A stretch of DNA of 64,000 bases, taken from assembly GCA_051294375.1 (NCBI GenBank), contig CM119269.1, forward strand, positions 22,369,808-22,433,807, written 5' to 3'. The DNA comes from Paraspadella gotoi (lineage: Eukaryota > Animalia > Chaetognatha). Positions within the stretch are counted from its first letter, which is position 1. Every line of letters begins with the position of its first letter. The notes below the pieces were generated by a model. It worked only from the letters and a program-made list of their open reading frames with translations, was not told the origin of the DNA and did not search any database. A program made the position numbers and the translations under genes. Shown here piece by piece: positions 26,501 through 39,356 of this stretch.

Positions 26501-27981
26501 CCGACCCTCAAGACGCCTCCTGTCACTGGCGCGGTTACCCTAGGACGGTCTCCTTTTGCCAACGCAGGGGGAAGTCGTTAGGATTGTGGATGGAACACGA
26601 CGCCTGGGATGGTGTGTTCCCCCTCTGAGCCAATGGGATTGGATGAACGATGCTGGACGTGAGGCGGTGTGAATATACCGCCACAACATCATCGTATAAA
26701 ATTAAGTTTATTTTTTTCTGAGGTAACTAGTTAGTTATGAAATTGGTACAACCAATATAAAAATTATCCATTTAAAAAAGTTATCTTGGACTTTGTCAGG
26801 CTCTGATAGATTAAGGCCTCCTTCTCTGATAGATTAAGGCCTCCTTCTCTGATAGATTAAGGCCTCCTTCTGATAGATTAAGGCCTCCTTCTGATAGATT
26901 AAGTCCTCCTTCTCTCTTACAAGATAACAACATAGTATTGTGGACTAAAATCCACCAACCGTTCATCAACGGCCAATGGTGCAGGAGGTAAGTCATTCGC
27001 CTCCCAACCCAAAGGTCCGGGGTTCTAGCCCGGTGGTCGACCTAGCAGTTAAGAGCGACGGGGGCGCTTAACCCGACTGTAACATTTATTAACTTATATT
27101 TCGATCAGATTTAATTGACAATGAACCCGCGAAGAAATACTCTTGCGAAATTTGCGGATATTTGGGGACGGACGAGACAGCGTTGCAAAAACACAAATGC
27201 CAGCCGAAGAAAACTCAATCTCATCCAGGTTGTAAAACATATTAAAGTGGCGCTGGTGGCTGTTTATTAACTCCATAACTTAAAAAAACTCCAAAAACTG
27301 GTACTAAATTTTCGCGAGTTGTAGTTCACTGGCATGAACGAGCAGAATGATGTGAGACTTATGATTATAAATGATATAACAGCATTAATGCTGAAAATGT
27401 ATCATCTTGTCGCGTTTTTTCAAAAAAGTTCCAAGATATATTAACTATAAGAAATATTACAATGATATATTAACTAAATCGGTTAAAAATTAATCATTAT
27501 CAATCATATCTTCTCCTCAGAATGCCTCGAGTGCGGCAAGACCTTCTTCTCTTCCTGGTCCCTGCAGCACCACTCCTGCAACTCGACTGCCTGCAGGCTC
27601 TGCGGCGAATCCTGCACCTCCGGCGCCGCGTTGACCGCACATGCCGAGACTCACCCGATGTGTCCGACCTGCGGGATTCGGTTGACGAACGAGGTCGAGC
27701 TCGCCGCCCACGTCGCCACCCACCCCAAGTGTCAGACTTGCGGAAAGAGGTTCGTCTACGCCCTCGATCTAACGCGGCACTCCAGGTTGCACCCGAGTTG
27801 CAGCCATTGCGGCAAACTCTTCAACAACAGAGCGAGTTTGGCCAAGCACGATTGCTGCAAGGCGTCGCCCGACAAAGAGAAAAAGTTAAAGAACAGTTTT
27901 TCTTGCGAAAAATGCGAAGAAGAATTTTCGTCCAAGTTGATGCTCATGATGCACCAAGCTGAAAAGCATTTCAAGTCATGA
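23538..27981 (+). CDS. Multi C2H2/C2HC zinc-finger protein
   Basis: Phase-consistent GT-AG exons: 23538-23842, 24143-24265, 24602-24715, 25151-25290, 25700-25801, 25872-25976, 26067-26159, 26225-26410, 27108-27228, 27521-27981. Fingers include CEICGLRSTTKCGKENHVRTH, CTLCDFRAKSQPGLHQHLQKRH and CQTCGKRFVYALDLTRHSRLH. Exon 1 has 21-bp VAAKSAM repeats. Confidence 0.85.
25338..25506 (-). mobile_element. Truncated family A element
   Basis: Reverse complement of the 3' part of 13077-13343 (tgtagtcgggcattgc...ccccgcctataagc...gcgtgaggacggccgtaaacc). Confidence 0.8.
26437..26685 (+). mobile_element. TATGGC...GCCACA element, family C, 4-bp TSD ACAT
   Basis: Imperfect terminal inverted repeat with ACAT on both flanks. 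Shares the atggcaac...gatgccc...gggcatct...tgtcact core with the copies at 47493-47950 (-) and ~48265-48500. Confidence 0.75.
26737..26930 (+). repeat. Interspersed repeat family B, with an internal 21-23-bp tandem expansion
   Basis: atgaaattggtacaaccaatataaaaattatccatt...gacttt...aaggcctcc...cttacaagataa. The unit ctgatagattaaggcctcctt is repeated about 4 times. Other copies near 32095-32290 (-), 39401-39576, 42588-42700, 53200-53290 and 62265-62466 (-). Confidence 0.8.
26939..27084 (+). mobile_element. tRNA-derived SINE-like repeat (family D)
   Basis: A-box-like tggtgcaggagg, a tcgcctccca segment resembling tRNA-Gly, and B-box-like ggttctagccc. A second copy lies at 51461-51590 (-). Confidence 0.6.
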
Positions 27982-29543
27982 ATTTATAATTTTTGTTCGC
28001 TTAATATGAAATAAAATCAACCTGAGAGTTTTAAGAAATGATCTTATTTGGTTTTTCTGTGTTTTTGTTCGCCACAATAATAGCACTTGAGAACCTTCGT
28101 AGGATGATTGAAACAGGTTATCAGTGATTGAAAGGTTGCGCAATAATTGTCTAAAATTAGTTATCTATTGTCCCAACCAAAGATAGCTAATTTATTAAAT
28201 GAAAAATTTCTACATATTGGTTATTCCAATGCCCAATGTCATTAGTCAAGGAACTTTATACGTATTTATTAGATTAATGATTTATACTTACATCCGTTAA
28301 GTACCAAGGCATATAATATCAAGACCGAAATCAGGACAGGAGGCGAGTTAGCTCAATTATTAAATTTAATGATTTGTAATTAAATTGGTTTATATCAATT
28401 AAATAGTCAAACTGATACGTGCATTAGTGTGACTCCTAGTATCATTATTAATAATTATACTATCTCTATTGATTAATTAATTAAAGTTAAAGAGAGTATA
28501 TATATAATTCATCGACGTCTTTTGTTTTTCGAATTCTCCAGAATTCTTTCCTCCTCCAAACATGGCCGCCGCCTCCTCTTCCTCCTCCTCCTCCTCCGCG
28601 CGGTTGAAAATCCCCCCTCCTTTTTGACGTTCTGCCCACGCCGTTATTAAGTCAATCTATAACTATTCACGTGAGTTCTATTTAATTCTCAACTCGTACC
28701 AGTATTTTTTTAAATGTTATTATTTTGACGGATCTTTCACAATGTCGATGGACGTCTTGATTATGAAACAGTAAATCTGTCATGCGGTTAAAATTTAAAT
28801 CTCAGATTTTTCAAGGAATCTCTTATTGAAATGTTTATGAGATCTGGAGGAATCGTTATCGAATCCATTCACGGGTATAGATGTTTGACTTTGGTCTTGA
28901 TCCTGGGTTTTTTCTTCTTCCTCTATCGCTCCACTTATTTCCCCATGACATTTTTCCATGACCGGTTCCGCGCGGTTGATTTCCCCTTCTGGTCGTCCGG
29001 ATCTAATTCTAGCGATTTCGGCGGCTGCGTCGTCGGCCCCGACGTCGCCCGCTGCGGCCGCCGCATCCAGCCGCTCGTCCGTGGCTCTTTCCAGCCGCAG
29101 CAAGCGTCCCTCACGTTTTATGGCCGTCCAAAGGAAATGGCGTGTCCTGGGTGACGTTCGACGGAGCGGGCAACGATCATTACCTTGAGATTCGCGGAAC
29201 GAAATCGTTGGACGACGCGGCTGGAGCGCGACCATTTCCCAACGTGACTTTCCCCTCGTCCTGCCACGCCTTCCTCCCGCGCCCCGACGACTGTCGCTTC
29301 ATTCTGCTCCACGCGGTCAACGTTACGGGATTGACACCCGGCACCGACTACGCTTATCGTCTCGTCAACGGCGACGCGTGGCGCGATTTTAGGTTTCGGG
29401 CGGCGCCGCCAAATGACGTCGATGGGCGTGGATTTTTGTTATTTGCGGATGTGGGGCTGGCGCGGGAGGGAGGGAAGATTCAGAGGTGAGTTTTGATTTG
29501 GTTTGACTTTGTTTTTTTTATTTCAATTCACAAATGTCAAGCG

Positions 29544-29579
29544 CTGATGTAGGCTCGAAATTGTGAGCCGAAACATGTC
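29544..29579 (+). ncRNA. Minimal hammerhead-ribozyme-like motif (Penelope-type), degenerate
   Basis: ctgatgta-ggctc-gaaattgt-gagcc-gaaacatgtc: CUGAUG core (with a variant base), stem II, GAAA, palindromic CAUG loop and UC site. Confidence 0.5.
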
Positions 29580-30103
29580 TGCATTAAAATAAATCGTAAA
29601 AAATTAAAGAATTAACGGAAAAATAAGAGGAATGAAAGAAACGTAACGGAAGAGGATAATTTCTCGAAAAAAAATTTAAAGGAATTCACATATCATATTT
29701 TTTTAATGTATTTGTTATTTTTGTTATATATTTGGGTAAAAATTAAGTTCACGATAAATTATGGTTAAGAATAAATTAAGAATAAGTGTAACTAGAAAAA
29801 TAAGTTAGGGTTAAAAATAGGTTAGGCGTAAGTTAGGGTGAGGGGTCGGTTAGGGGTAAATTAGGGTTAAATTTAAAATTAAGTTTCAGCTTAAGTATAC
29901 AATAATTTAAAATTTCAAAAAATATTTTAATATTAATCAATTCATAAAAAAATATAATAATAATATTTACAATTTAACAGGGTTTTTATTTATGATTACA
30001 ACGATCATTTAATAATTCAGAGAGAGGATATCAAGATTAAAATTGCCCCTATTTCTCTCTCTTTAGTTAGTATCCAAATATTTTTCAAAACTATCAAAAC
30101 TGG

Positions 30104-30143
30104 CTGATGATGAAGGTTCTAAGAACAAAAACCGAAACGTGTC
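30104..30143 (+). ncRNA. Minimal hammerhead-ribozyme-like motif (Penelope-type)
   Basis: ctgatgatgaa-ggtt...aacc-gaaacgtgtc. It is followed by sequence (30145-30200) that is the inverted copy of 29963-30019. Confidence 0.5.
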
Positions 30144-31907
30144 CGAATTATTAAATGAATGTGGTAATCACAAATAAAAACTCTGTTACTTTGTAAATAT
30201 CAATCAAAGGCAACGAAAAAAGAAATACTATAAATACTAATATTTTTATAAAAAGAAGAAATCCTTCGCCCGTGAAGCTTGTCAACGTTTTTAATATCAT
30301 TGTTGTTTCGGTCTTAAATTTTCTTTTCTGTAAAGAAACGAACTTTATTTTTTCCTTTTCTTTCTCTTCGTTTTCCCAAAAGCCTCCAGAGCGTATTCAA
30401 CTCCGGGATCGCCTTATTATCGTCCCCCCCCTTCCCCCTCTATCTTTTCCCCTCCTCAGTTGGCTGGCGAAGGAAGCGACATCTGTTCACTACGACGCGA
30501 TTCTCTCGAATGGAGACTTCGCCTACGACTTGGACGACATCATCGACGCCTCCACGATCAAAGCCGACGTCTTCAAACGTGAGATGGAGCCGGTCGCCTC
30601 CCTCGTCCCCTTTATGACCGTTCCGGGGAATCACGAGAAGGGCCGCGACCCGCGTGGGCCTTACTACCAATACGCCTGGAGATTCCGCAATCCGGGCCGG
30701 GGAAGGGGGTGGGGCGCGGCTTGGATCGAGTCTGGCGTCTGGCCGGACGAGCCTTTCCGGCCGCGGTACTCGCTCGATTTTGGGCGGAATCTTCACGTCG
30801 TCTTCGTCAACAACCGCGAGCTTCTTCGGAGACTTTGGCGGCGACGCGGAAGTGCGGAGGGCGTGGAGTGGCTGCGTCGGGATCTCAGCGCCGCCGTGGC
30901 CAGGACCCGTCGCCGTGGATCGTTTTACTCGGTCACGTGACGCCCTACTGTCACTCGACCAGCGAAATAGCTCTCAAGTTTTTATGCGAAGGATCAATTG
31001 ACCCTATTAATCCCGTTCGACGAGCGATCGAGCCAGTCCTGACCGAGTTCGGCGTTCACCTCGCAATCTGGGGCGACGTGCATCTCTACGAACGCACGTA
31101 CCCCGTACGAGAAAATCGCCGCGCGCGTAGAAAAGGAGAGAACGTGACGTTCCGTTCGTACGAGGATCCCGCGGCCACGACGCACGTGGTCAACGCCGTC
31201 GGGGGAACTCGGTGGCCGTCCGACCCGTTCCGGATCGAGGGCGACTCGCTCAGGGATTGGTCCGCCTTCAGATCAGTGATCACGGCTTCGGTCGCCTATT
31301 GGTCCTCAACGCGACGCATCTTCGCTACGAACAAATCTCCGTCGACGAGTGCGACGTCGTCGAAGACTTGAGACTCGCCGCTCCTTGCGTCGAGAGGAAG
31401 AAGCCGAAGATCATCGATTGGTTTTGGATAATTAGGAGGAAAGGAGGGACGGGTGGGGGTGGTGGAAAGCGGACGACGGGGCGGTAGTGGGTGGGAAATT
31501 CTCTTTCTTGGCGACATAAGCCTAATCTTTGAAAGGGCATTCACTTAATCCTGAATAGGACATTCGCTTAATCCTGAAATGGAAATTCAATACTTTATCC
31601 CGAAACGCACGTTCGAACTTTGAAGACTCTTATCGAAAAAAATCTTTTGGAGGGAACGAAATAACAATTTGACATCAACAATTCGAGGCGACGGATAAGT
31701 TTTAAACCTCGTCCACTATTTGTTCTCGGAGGCAATTAATAATCCCTAAATTTTTGTTATTGATATTTTTTCCCCAAACAATCTTCATTTCTCTCGCCCT
31801 TATTTATATCGCTCTTTTTCTAAGTGATGTTCGATTATGAATTATTTATTTCGCTATTATTACAAGTGTTTCTGTTTTTTTAGCAAAAAAAAAATTAAAT
31901 TATTTAA

Positions 31908-34900
31908 ATGATGTCCACCCAACTTCCCGGCGCCCAAATCATTCAAAGTTCGGCGCCCGTCGGAAACCGATTGAAGGTCCGGAAATTGTAATAATAATTT
32001 TAATGATGATATTATCGTAATATCAATACTAATTTTTTGGGGGAAATTAATAAATCAATAATAATAATAATACGGGCGGAAATTTGCCCTAACTATTGAT
32101 AGGGAAGGCAGAAACTCTGGCAATGAATAAACAAGACTCTGAGAGAGTCTTGATGGAAAACTCGCTGGGTCCTGCTTACTCCTGCTACTTATTAAAATTG
32201 TTATCTTGTAAGAGGGATGGAGGCCTTAACCCACCATAGTCTGTCCAGTGTCCAAAGTCAAGGGCATGATGTCCAAAGTCAAGGGCATGATATCTCGTTT
32301 TTTCAATGAATGAACAATTTTTGTGTTGACTTTACCTACCTTTCATAGGATTATAATCTTTACTTTATTTGTATAAAATCTTAATTGATCTCATTAAAAT
32401 AATAAAGAGCTACAAAAACAATGCGTTGGATTCGGCGGAGATGCGGCGACGACGCGAGGAAGAGGGCGTCCAGTTGCGGAAGCAGAAGCGGGAGGAGCAG
32501 CTCTTCAAGAGGCGGAACGTCAACGTTCCCGTCGAGGACGGCGACAACGACGGTGACGGAGACGCTTCACCGCAGGACCTCTCCGTCTCCAGGTGGGTCT
32601 GAAGACGAGAGATTAGAGAAGGCTGCGCAACAGTCTTCTTTTAGGAAATATATATCAGATGATACATATACATATTTCATTAGAAACCTAGGAGGTTCCG
32701 CTTTACAAACGTTGCATTTAGAAAAAAAAAACCTCTTTCTAATATTGTTCAGTTGTGACTTACAATATTGATTAACTTAACTTAAACACAACACAAATTG
32801 GGCCGAGGATTGGTTAAAAACAGCTACACACGTTTCTAATGATAAAAGACTACCATTTTGGCAACTTTTAGGGAAAAAAACATTTTGTCCATTTTTACTT
32901 TCGACTTCTGATTTGAATTCCAAGGAAAAGGATAGTAGAGGAAAAATTATGGACCGAAATAAAAAGGCAAACGCGTATTGAAAAAAATAAGTCAAGGAAA
33001 AATAAATTAAAATAAATATCGAGAGAAGTGAAAATCGAGAGTCGCAAAAATCTTCCGGCCCCGTGAGGAAGAGGAGGAGAGGGGAGGAAGAAGATGCACC
33101 GAAACGAATTGAATATAATTATACAAAATAATTATTCTGAAATTCTAGAATTGAACAAGTTAAGGATTAAGATTTAAAAATTCATAAAGGATAAGATTAG
33201 AGGTTTAAAAATTCATAAACTTAGTATATAACAATGGTGTGATAATGGTAATAATAATAAAAATTGTGACATAGTAATTATAGTACTATTGTAATAATAA
33301 TAGTAATAACAATAATATTAATGATGATATATATATATATGTATATGTATGTATGTATATATATATATATTGTAATAATGATAGTAATAACAATAATATT
33401 AATAATAATATTAAGTTTTATAATAATAATCATAGTAATAATATTGATAAAAATAATAATAGTAATAATGATAAAAATAATAATAGTATCATTAATGATA
33501 AGAACAATAATAATTAGGAATGAGGGTAATTAATGATAAGAACAATAATAATTAGGAATGAGGGTAATTCAAATAATAGTAATTCCAATCATAGTAATAA
33601 TAAATAATAATAATAATAATAATGTAAAAATAATAATAGTAATAATGATAAAAAATAATAATAGTATCATTACGATAGAAAATAATAATAATTAGGAATA
33701 AGGGTAATTCCAATAATTTTAATCTGGTATTTATGCCTTTCTATTTATGATCAGTTAAAAAAAAAAAATTGACAAGTTTCTGTCTATGACTTAAAAAAAA
33801 AAAAAGAGGCAATGGCCTAGTATAAATGTTAGGTACCATAATGATAGTATTTACTTTTTTTTCATTTGCCAAGTTTCTGTCTATGACTAAAAAAAATGGC
33901 AAATGGCCTAGTGTAATGATAATATTCACTCATGATTTTCATTGATATATTTAATACTTTTCCAATTTGCAATGTCCGCAATGATCCTTAATTGTTTGAA
34001 TTTTATTTTTGTTGCCATTAGTGCAATTTTTCTTGCTCAATACTCATCGTTTAATCTTCTTATTGTCTTAATTGTCAAATTGTCTTTTATTTCGAAAAAA
34101 AAAAAAAAAAAAAAATTATTTACTAATATTATTATTATTACTAATATTATTCTTTTCATATTATTATATTCATATTTTCATTTTACTGTTCATATTTTGA
34201 TCGATCCTCTCTCTCTCTCTTCCCCCCAGCACGCAGCCGAGCCTGGGCAACTCTCCCTCCCTTCCTCCACCCACCCCACTCACCATCACCCAGGACATGA
34301 TCGACGCCCTCTACGGCGGCGCCCCCGACCTCCAGTTGGGCGCCACGCAAAAGTTCCGCAAGTTGCTCTCGCGGGAACCCAACCCGCCCATCGACGAGGT
34401 CATCCACACGGGAATCATCCCCAAGTTCGTCGAGTTCCTCGAGAACGATACCAACTGCACTCTCCAGTTCGAGGCGGCCTGGGCCCTGACCAACATCGCC
34501 TCTGGCACCTCGCTGCAGACCCGCACGGTGATCGAGGCCGGCGCCGTGCCCATCTTCATTCGCCTCTTGGCTTCCACCTTCGAGGACGTGCAGGTGAGGA
34601 GAGGTTAGGGTTAAGGAAAAAAAATGATTTTAATGTTATATTTATAATTATAATTATGAAATGATTAAATGTAATTTAGGAACAAGCCGTCTGGGCTCTC
34701 GGCAACATCGCCGGAGATTCGCCACAGTGTCGCGATTACGTTCTCGAGCAGAACATTCTCGTTCCCCTTCTGCAGTAAGGATCTGGGAAGGGTAGTGGCT
34801 CGGCTGGGACGCGGCGGGGCGCTGCAAGGGTGGAGACGGGAGAGGGAAAGGGCTGAAGAAAAGAATTGGGCGTTTGAATTCTGAGTAATGGCGCTCCGAT

Positions 34901-37083
34901 ATTCGATGTTTAGTTTGTTTAAAAATTCCATCAGCCGTTTATATTCCCTTTCAATTCAGATTGCTGGCAAAGTCGACGCGAATTTCCATGACGCGAAATT
35001 CGGTCTGGTGTCTCTCCAATCTTTGTAGAGGAAAGAATCCACCACCTGATTTCGCCAAGGGTGAGGGATCGACCTTTTCTCGGAAATGTCATCATTTCTC
35101 GGAAATGCCACGTTAATGTTTTCTCTCTCCCTCAGTTTCGCCGTCTCTCCCGATTCTCTCGCGCCTCCTCTTCTCCAACGACTCTGACGTCCTCGCCGAC
35201 GCCTGTTGGGCGCTCTCCTATTTGTCGGACGGACCAAACGAGAAGATTCAGGCCGTCATCGACTCGGGAGTCTGTCGACGACTCGTCGAACTACTCATGT
35301 TCCCGCTGTGAGGGAGAGAGAGAGAGAGAGATGGAACTCGAATCTTTATAACCCCCGCCCCTCGATCCTGCCAGGAACACGTCTCAATCGGTTGTGTCGG
35401 CGTCCCTCCGCGCCGTGGGCAACATCGTGACCGGAGATGACGTCCAGACACAAGTCATTCTCAACTGCAACGCACTTCCTTGTCTCCTTCATCTCCTCTC
35501 CTGTCAGAAAGAGTCGATCAAGAAGGAAGCTTGCTGGACCGTTTCCAACATCACCGCGGGTAGGACTACGGCGTACAGATACGATGAAAGATCTAATGCA
35601 ATAGTAAATATTATTGTACCCATTTATTGGAAGGTCTGCTCTTGAGGTTAAGATGTAGTGTTCGTGATATCACTGGACATTACTTGCCGTCGACCCCCTT
35701 GATCCGTTCCTCTTGGTCATTTTATTAGTAGCCAAAACCCTTCTGAAAATGGGTACAAAGAGGACATTAAAAGGCCCATCAAGCTATGCGATAAAGATGA
35801 AAACTTCCCTTTCCGTCGTCAAGGCAACCGACAACAGATCCAGTCGGTGATCGACGCCAACCTCTTCCCCGTCCTCATCGACATTCTTCAAAAGTCCGAG
35901 TTCAAGACTCGTAAGGAGGCGGCCTGGGCGATCACCAACGCCACCTCCGGCGGAACGGCCGATCAGATCCGCTACCTCGTCGAGCAAGGGTGCATCCCGC
36001 CGCTCTGCGAACTCCTCTCCGTCATGGACGCCAAGATAGTTTCGGTAAGAGGAAGGAAGGAGGGGGGGGGATCTCATCTTCTTACACTCTTCTGTGAGTG
36101 GTCTTTTTTTTTTATGCATGAGAAAGAAGAATAATTATTAATTAATTACTAAAATAGACTACTAGATAGTCGCGATTTAAAGCTAGCTGGATCATGCTTG
36201 GTTTATATCTTGTAAAACATTGGCCATAACAATGCTAACCCTCCATGGTCGGTCCCCAATCATGAGGTAAGATATCTTATAGAATATTAAATTAGATAAA
36301 TGTAAATATCATCGAATGATAATCAAATAATAGTCAAAATGTATCACAAAATAATGATCATAAATCATAAGGCTTTTAATTTTTTATTAATTTTTACGCT
36401 CCAACAAAAGTATGCTCTCATTTAATAATAATCTTGCTTTCTGACTTTGGAGAGGCTCAGGCCAACACTCCACTTACATTATAATACAATAATACAATAT
36501 AAATATCTTAGCAAGATCTTTGCAAGCTTTCAATGCAGAATCTTCCGCACTCTAATTCATTGAACGACGTATTAGTAAACAATATTTTGACACGTCTGGT
36601 ACATTCCCCTTTTCTTCCTCCGTATCTCTGCTCATCCCTTTTTCCCGTCGCTTCTTCTTCAGGTGGCGCTCAACGGCCTGGAGAACATTCTCCGCCTGGG
36701 CGAGCAAGAGGCCAAGGTGAACCCGGACGCTCACGGCGGCGTCAACTCTTACGCGGTGGCGATCGAGGAGTGCTACGGACTCGACAAGATCGAGTTCCTT
36801 CAGTCGCACGAGAATCAGGACATCTATCAAAAGGCCTTCGACATGATCGAGCGGTTCTTCGGGGCGGAGGACGAAGACCTGGACATCGCCCCGCAGGTTG
36901 AGAGAGAGAGAGAGAGAGAACCTTTTGAGACGTTTGACTTTTGGGCTGTTTATAATTTCCAGTTAAAATATATTTTTTTAATTATAAACTAGTTAAATAT
37001 TATATTTTTTTTCATTTCAGGTTGATGAGACGGGACAATACACTTTCGAAGTGGATGGCGTCGACCACGAGTTCCAGTTTTGA
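31908..37083 (+). CDS. Importin subunit alpha, alpha-1 clade (KPNA1/5/6-like)
   Basis: Exons 31908-31976, 32408-32592 (IBB: [41 protein letters not shown]), 34230-34593 ([15 protein letters not shown]), 34680-34774, 34960-35060, 35136-35298, 35375-35559, 35824-36044, 36663-36896 ([21 protein letters not shown]), 37021-37083 (ends FQF*). All GT-AG and in frame. Confidence 0.96.
33230..33720. repeat. AAT-rich low-complexity intronic tract with a ~37-bp direct duplication
   Basis: (aat)n variants; atgataagaacaataataattaggaatgagggtaatt occurs twice at about 33495-33570. Confidence 0.75.
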
Positions 37084-39114
37084 ATTTTTTTTTTTTTTTA
37101 GGTTTTTTTAATACAATTTTAATTCTGTTATTACGATTTTTTTAAAGTTACCAATTAGCGAATAGTAATGATTCCCCCACCCCTTAATGATAGCGTTTCA
37201 ACCCTCGATGTAAATAATTTAAACGATTGAAGTTTATTTTTTTCTTTTTTTTTTCTTAATTTAATCAGTTGACAACGACGAACTGTAGTCGTTAATGACG
37301 CAATTTTTTTGGGGAGGTTCATGATTTAAAAAAAGAAGCAAAAAGACAAGACCGATAAACCGAGCAAACGCTTTATTGCTTATCTAAAATAAGTGTCTGT
37401 AAGTTATGTTTGTATATATATCTCTCGCTCTTCGCATGCTCTGTACTTTCAATGGTTTTTTTTTAGGAATTTTTTTTGCGTGAGGAATTCTCGGATATGA
37501 AAATTGGCCATTGTTTTAGTTTTTATTTCCACTCGATTTCGAAAAAAAAAGAAAACCAAACCAAACAAAACAAAAGAAAAAACACAAACCAATGCCTCTC
37601 CAAACTCTACTACATAGTAAATACTATGCAATGACCATATTTGTCCATGCAACCGCAACCAGGATCTTCCATAACAAAAACGTGATTGAGATTTGTTCCA
37701 TTTTTTTTTTGATCGATTTTTTTCGACATAAGCAGCCATTGTCACACACAGTATATATATATAAATTTCTGTTATAGAATTTAATTATATGAACTGACTG
37801 TCAAGCCGTCTCACAATTCACTATTACGGAATCTCTTGTTTTTATACGGACGTTCTGACGACGTTGCTCTCTCTGTCTCTCCAACTCTATTTTTATTTCT
37901 TTTTTTATTTGCCTAAACTGACTCTTTACATCGTCTTCTGCAGTTTCTGCCATTGTTCTCTTGACTTTACCTCCGACTTTTAACTGAAATTGATCCATTT
38001 TTCTGTTGAAATTTTTTTAATTTTTGTTTGACCGTTCGAGCGACTTGTTACACTTTATAAAAAATGAAAAGCATTACGTGATATCCATATACCACTGATG
38101 TACTCCCTCCGTTCTCTAGGGAGCATCTCTCTCTATCTCTTTCCCCCCCCCCGCCGCGTCCAATCTGTGAAACTGACTTTTACATCTTCTTTGCTAATTT
38201 TTTTTTACATTTCCGTGCACGCCCGCAAGTGTTTCGGAGTTGACCAGTTTTCTGATCCACACTTTACATTTTAATCCATGATGCAGTCATTGGTCACAAT
38301 CATGATCTCATTGCAGTCTCTTCCAAAAATTACAAGACATTGCTGACATCCATAAAAACCTAAAATTTTTAATAAACTAACAGGATTACCAATAGGTTTA
38401 CCAAGATAACCAATAGGTTTACACTTTACGTTTAACCAAGAGGGTAAACGGCAGGGTTTACCAACAGCAGCCAATGTGTGAAAAGGTTGTCCGACTCGTT
38501 TCGACCAATGGGCCGATTTGTTGTGATTCCGCGACAAAGTCGAGCGACGAGGTGACGATTGCGTCAAAGACGATCGTCCTTCGCCGCTTCTCTTCGCCGT
38601 TGAATCTGTCAAATATCCGAAGTTGCCTAGGGATATCGATCACTTCGTACTTTTTTTTTTCAAAAGAAAAAGTCGTGTTACTTTGTGTTACCCATATATA
38701 AGCTCTTCCTCTGTTACAAATTTATGTAAACAAAATTTCGTCATGAGGTTTTTTTTTTATATCTCTTGTTTATTTGTACCTATAAAACTAGTCCAGAAGG
38801 GCGTAATTTATTTAAATATAAATTCCGCCGAAACCAAAATTATCATTGATTAAAGGAAATATACTGGTAAAGCAGATTATAATTTTTGTCAGAAATCATT
38901 TGAGAGAGTGAGCGAGTCACGAATTTCATTAGATTTAGCTAAGAAATATTTATTTTTAAAATTCTTGAAAAAGGATTTATGTTTAAACTTTTTTTTGTGT
39001 ATTTTTTTTTTTTTTTTTTTTTGCTTTTAAATCAAGTGATACTTTTTTTTGTGAATACAGATTAATATAATTTATGTATTTTTGTTATTGTTGTTTCCGT
39101 CATCGCGGACATTA

Positions 39115-39356
39115 TTAATACGATATTACGAGGAATCGAGCTCACTCGAGATGTATGTAGTCAAATCAGATATTCTGAAATCTTTTGTTTTCATTTGATT
39201 TACCAGAAATCGAGCTCACTTAAGATGGATTCGACTTGATAGCTTAATAACTTAATACAATATTACGAGGAATTGAGCTCACTTGATGGATTCGACTTAA
39301 TAACTTAATCGCTTAATACAATATGACGAGGAATCGAGCTCACTTAAGATGGATTC
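39115..39356 (+). repeat. Degenerate ~60-80-bp tandem repeat
   Basis: The motif acgaggaatcgagctcact...gatggattc recurs about 4 times. Confidence 0.7.

Larger units (their letters stand above)
28831..31487 (+). pseudogene. Purple acid phosphatase (ACP7-like), frameshifted
   Basis: Exons 28831-29485 and 30460-31487. Motifs: QQASLTF..EM/VSWVTF, LTPGTDYAYR, FADVG, GDFAYDL, PFMTVPGNHE, PWIVLLGH, WGDVHLYERTYP, WSAFR/SDHGFGRL..NATHL. At least three frameshifts (~29141, ~30890-30915, ~31272) are needed to join them. Confidence 0.75.

Noticed and set aside
26975-27050. Functional tRNA gene
   Set aside because: Acceptor and anticodon stems do not pair well, and it sits in a repeated element.
29800-29875. 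Interstitial telomere (TTAGGG-like)
   Set aside because: Only scattered degenerate units; a similar CCCTAA-like tract at ~19760-19860 suggests a repeat interior.
33321-33533. Isoleucine-rich ORF
   Set aside because: It is AAT low-complexity sequence within an importin-alpha intron.
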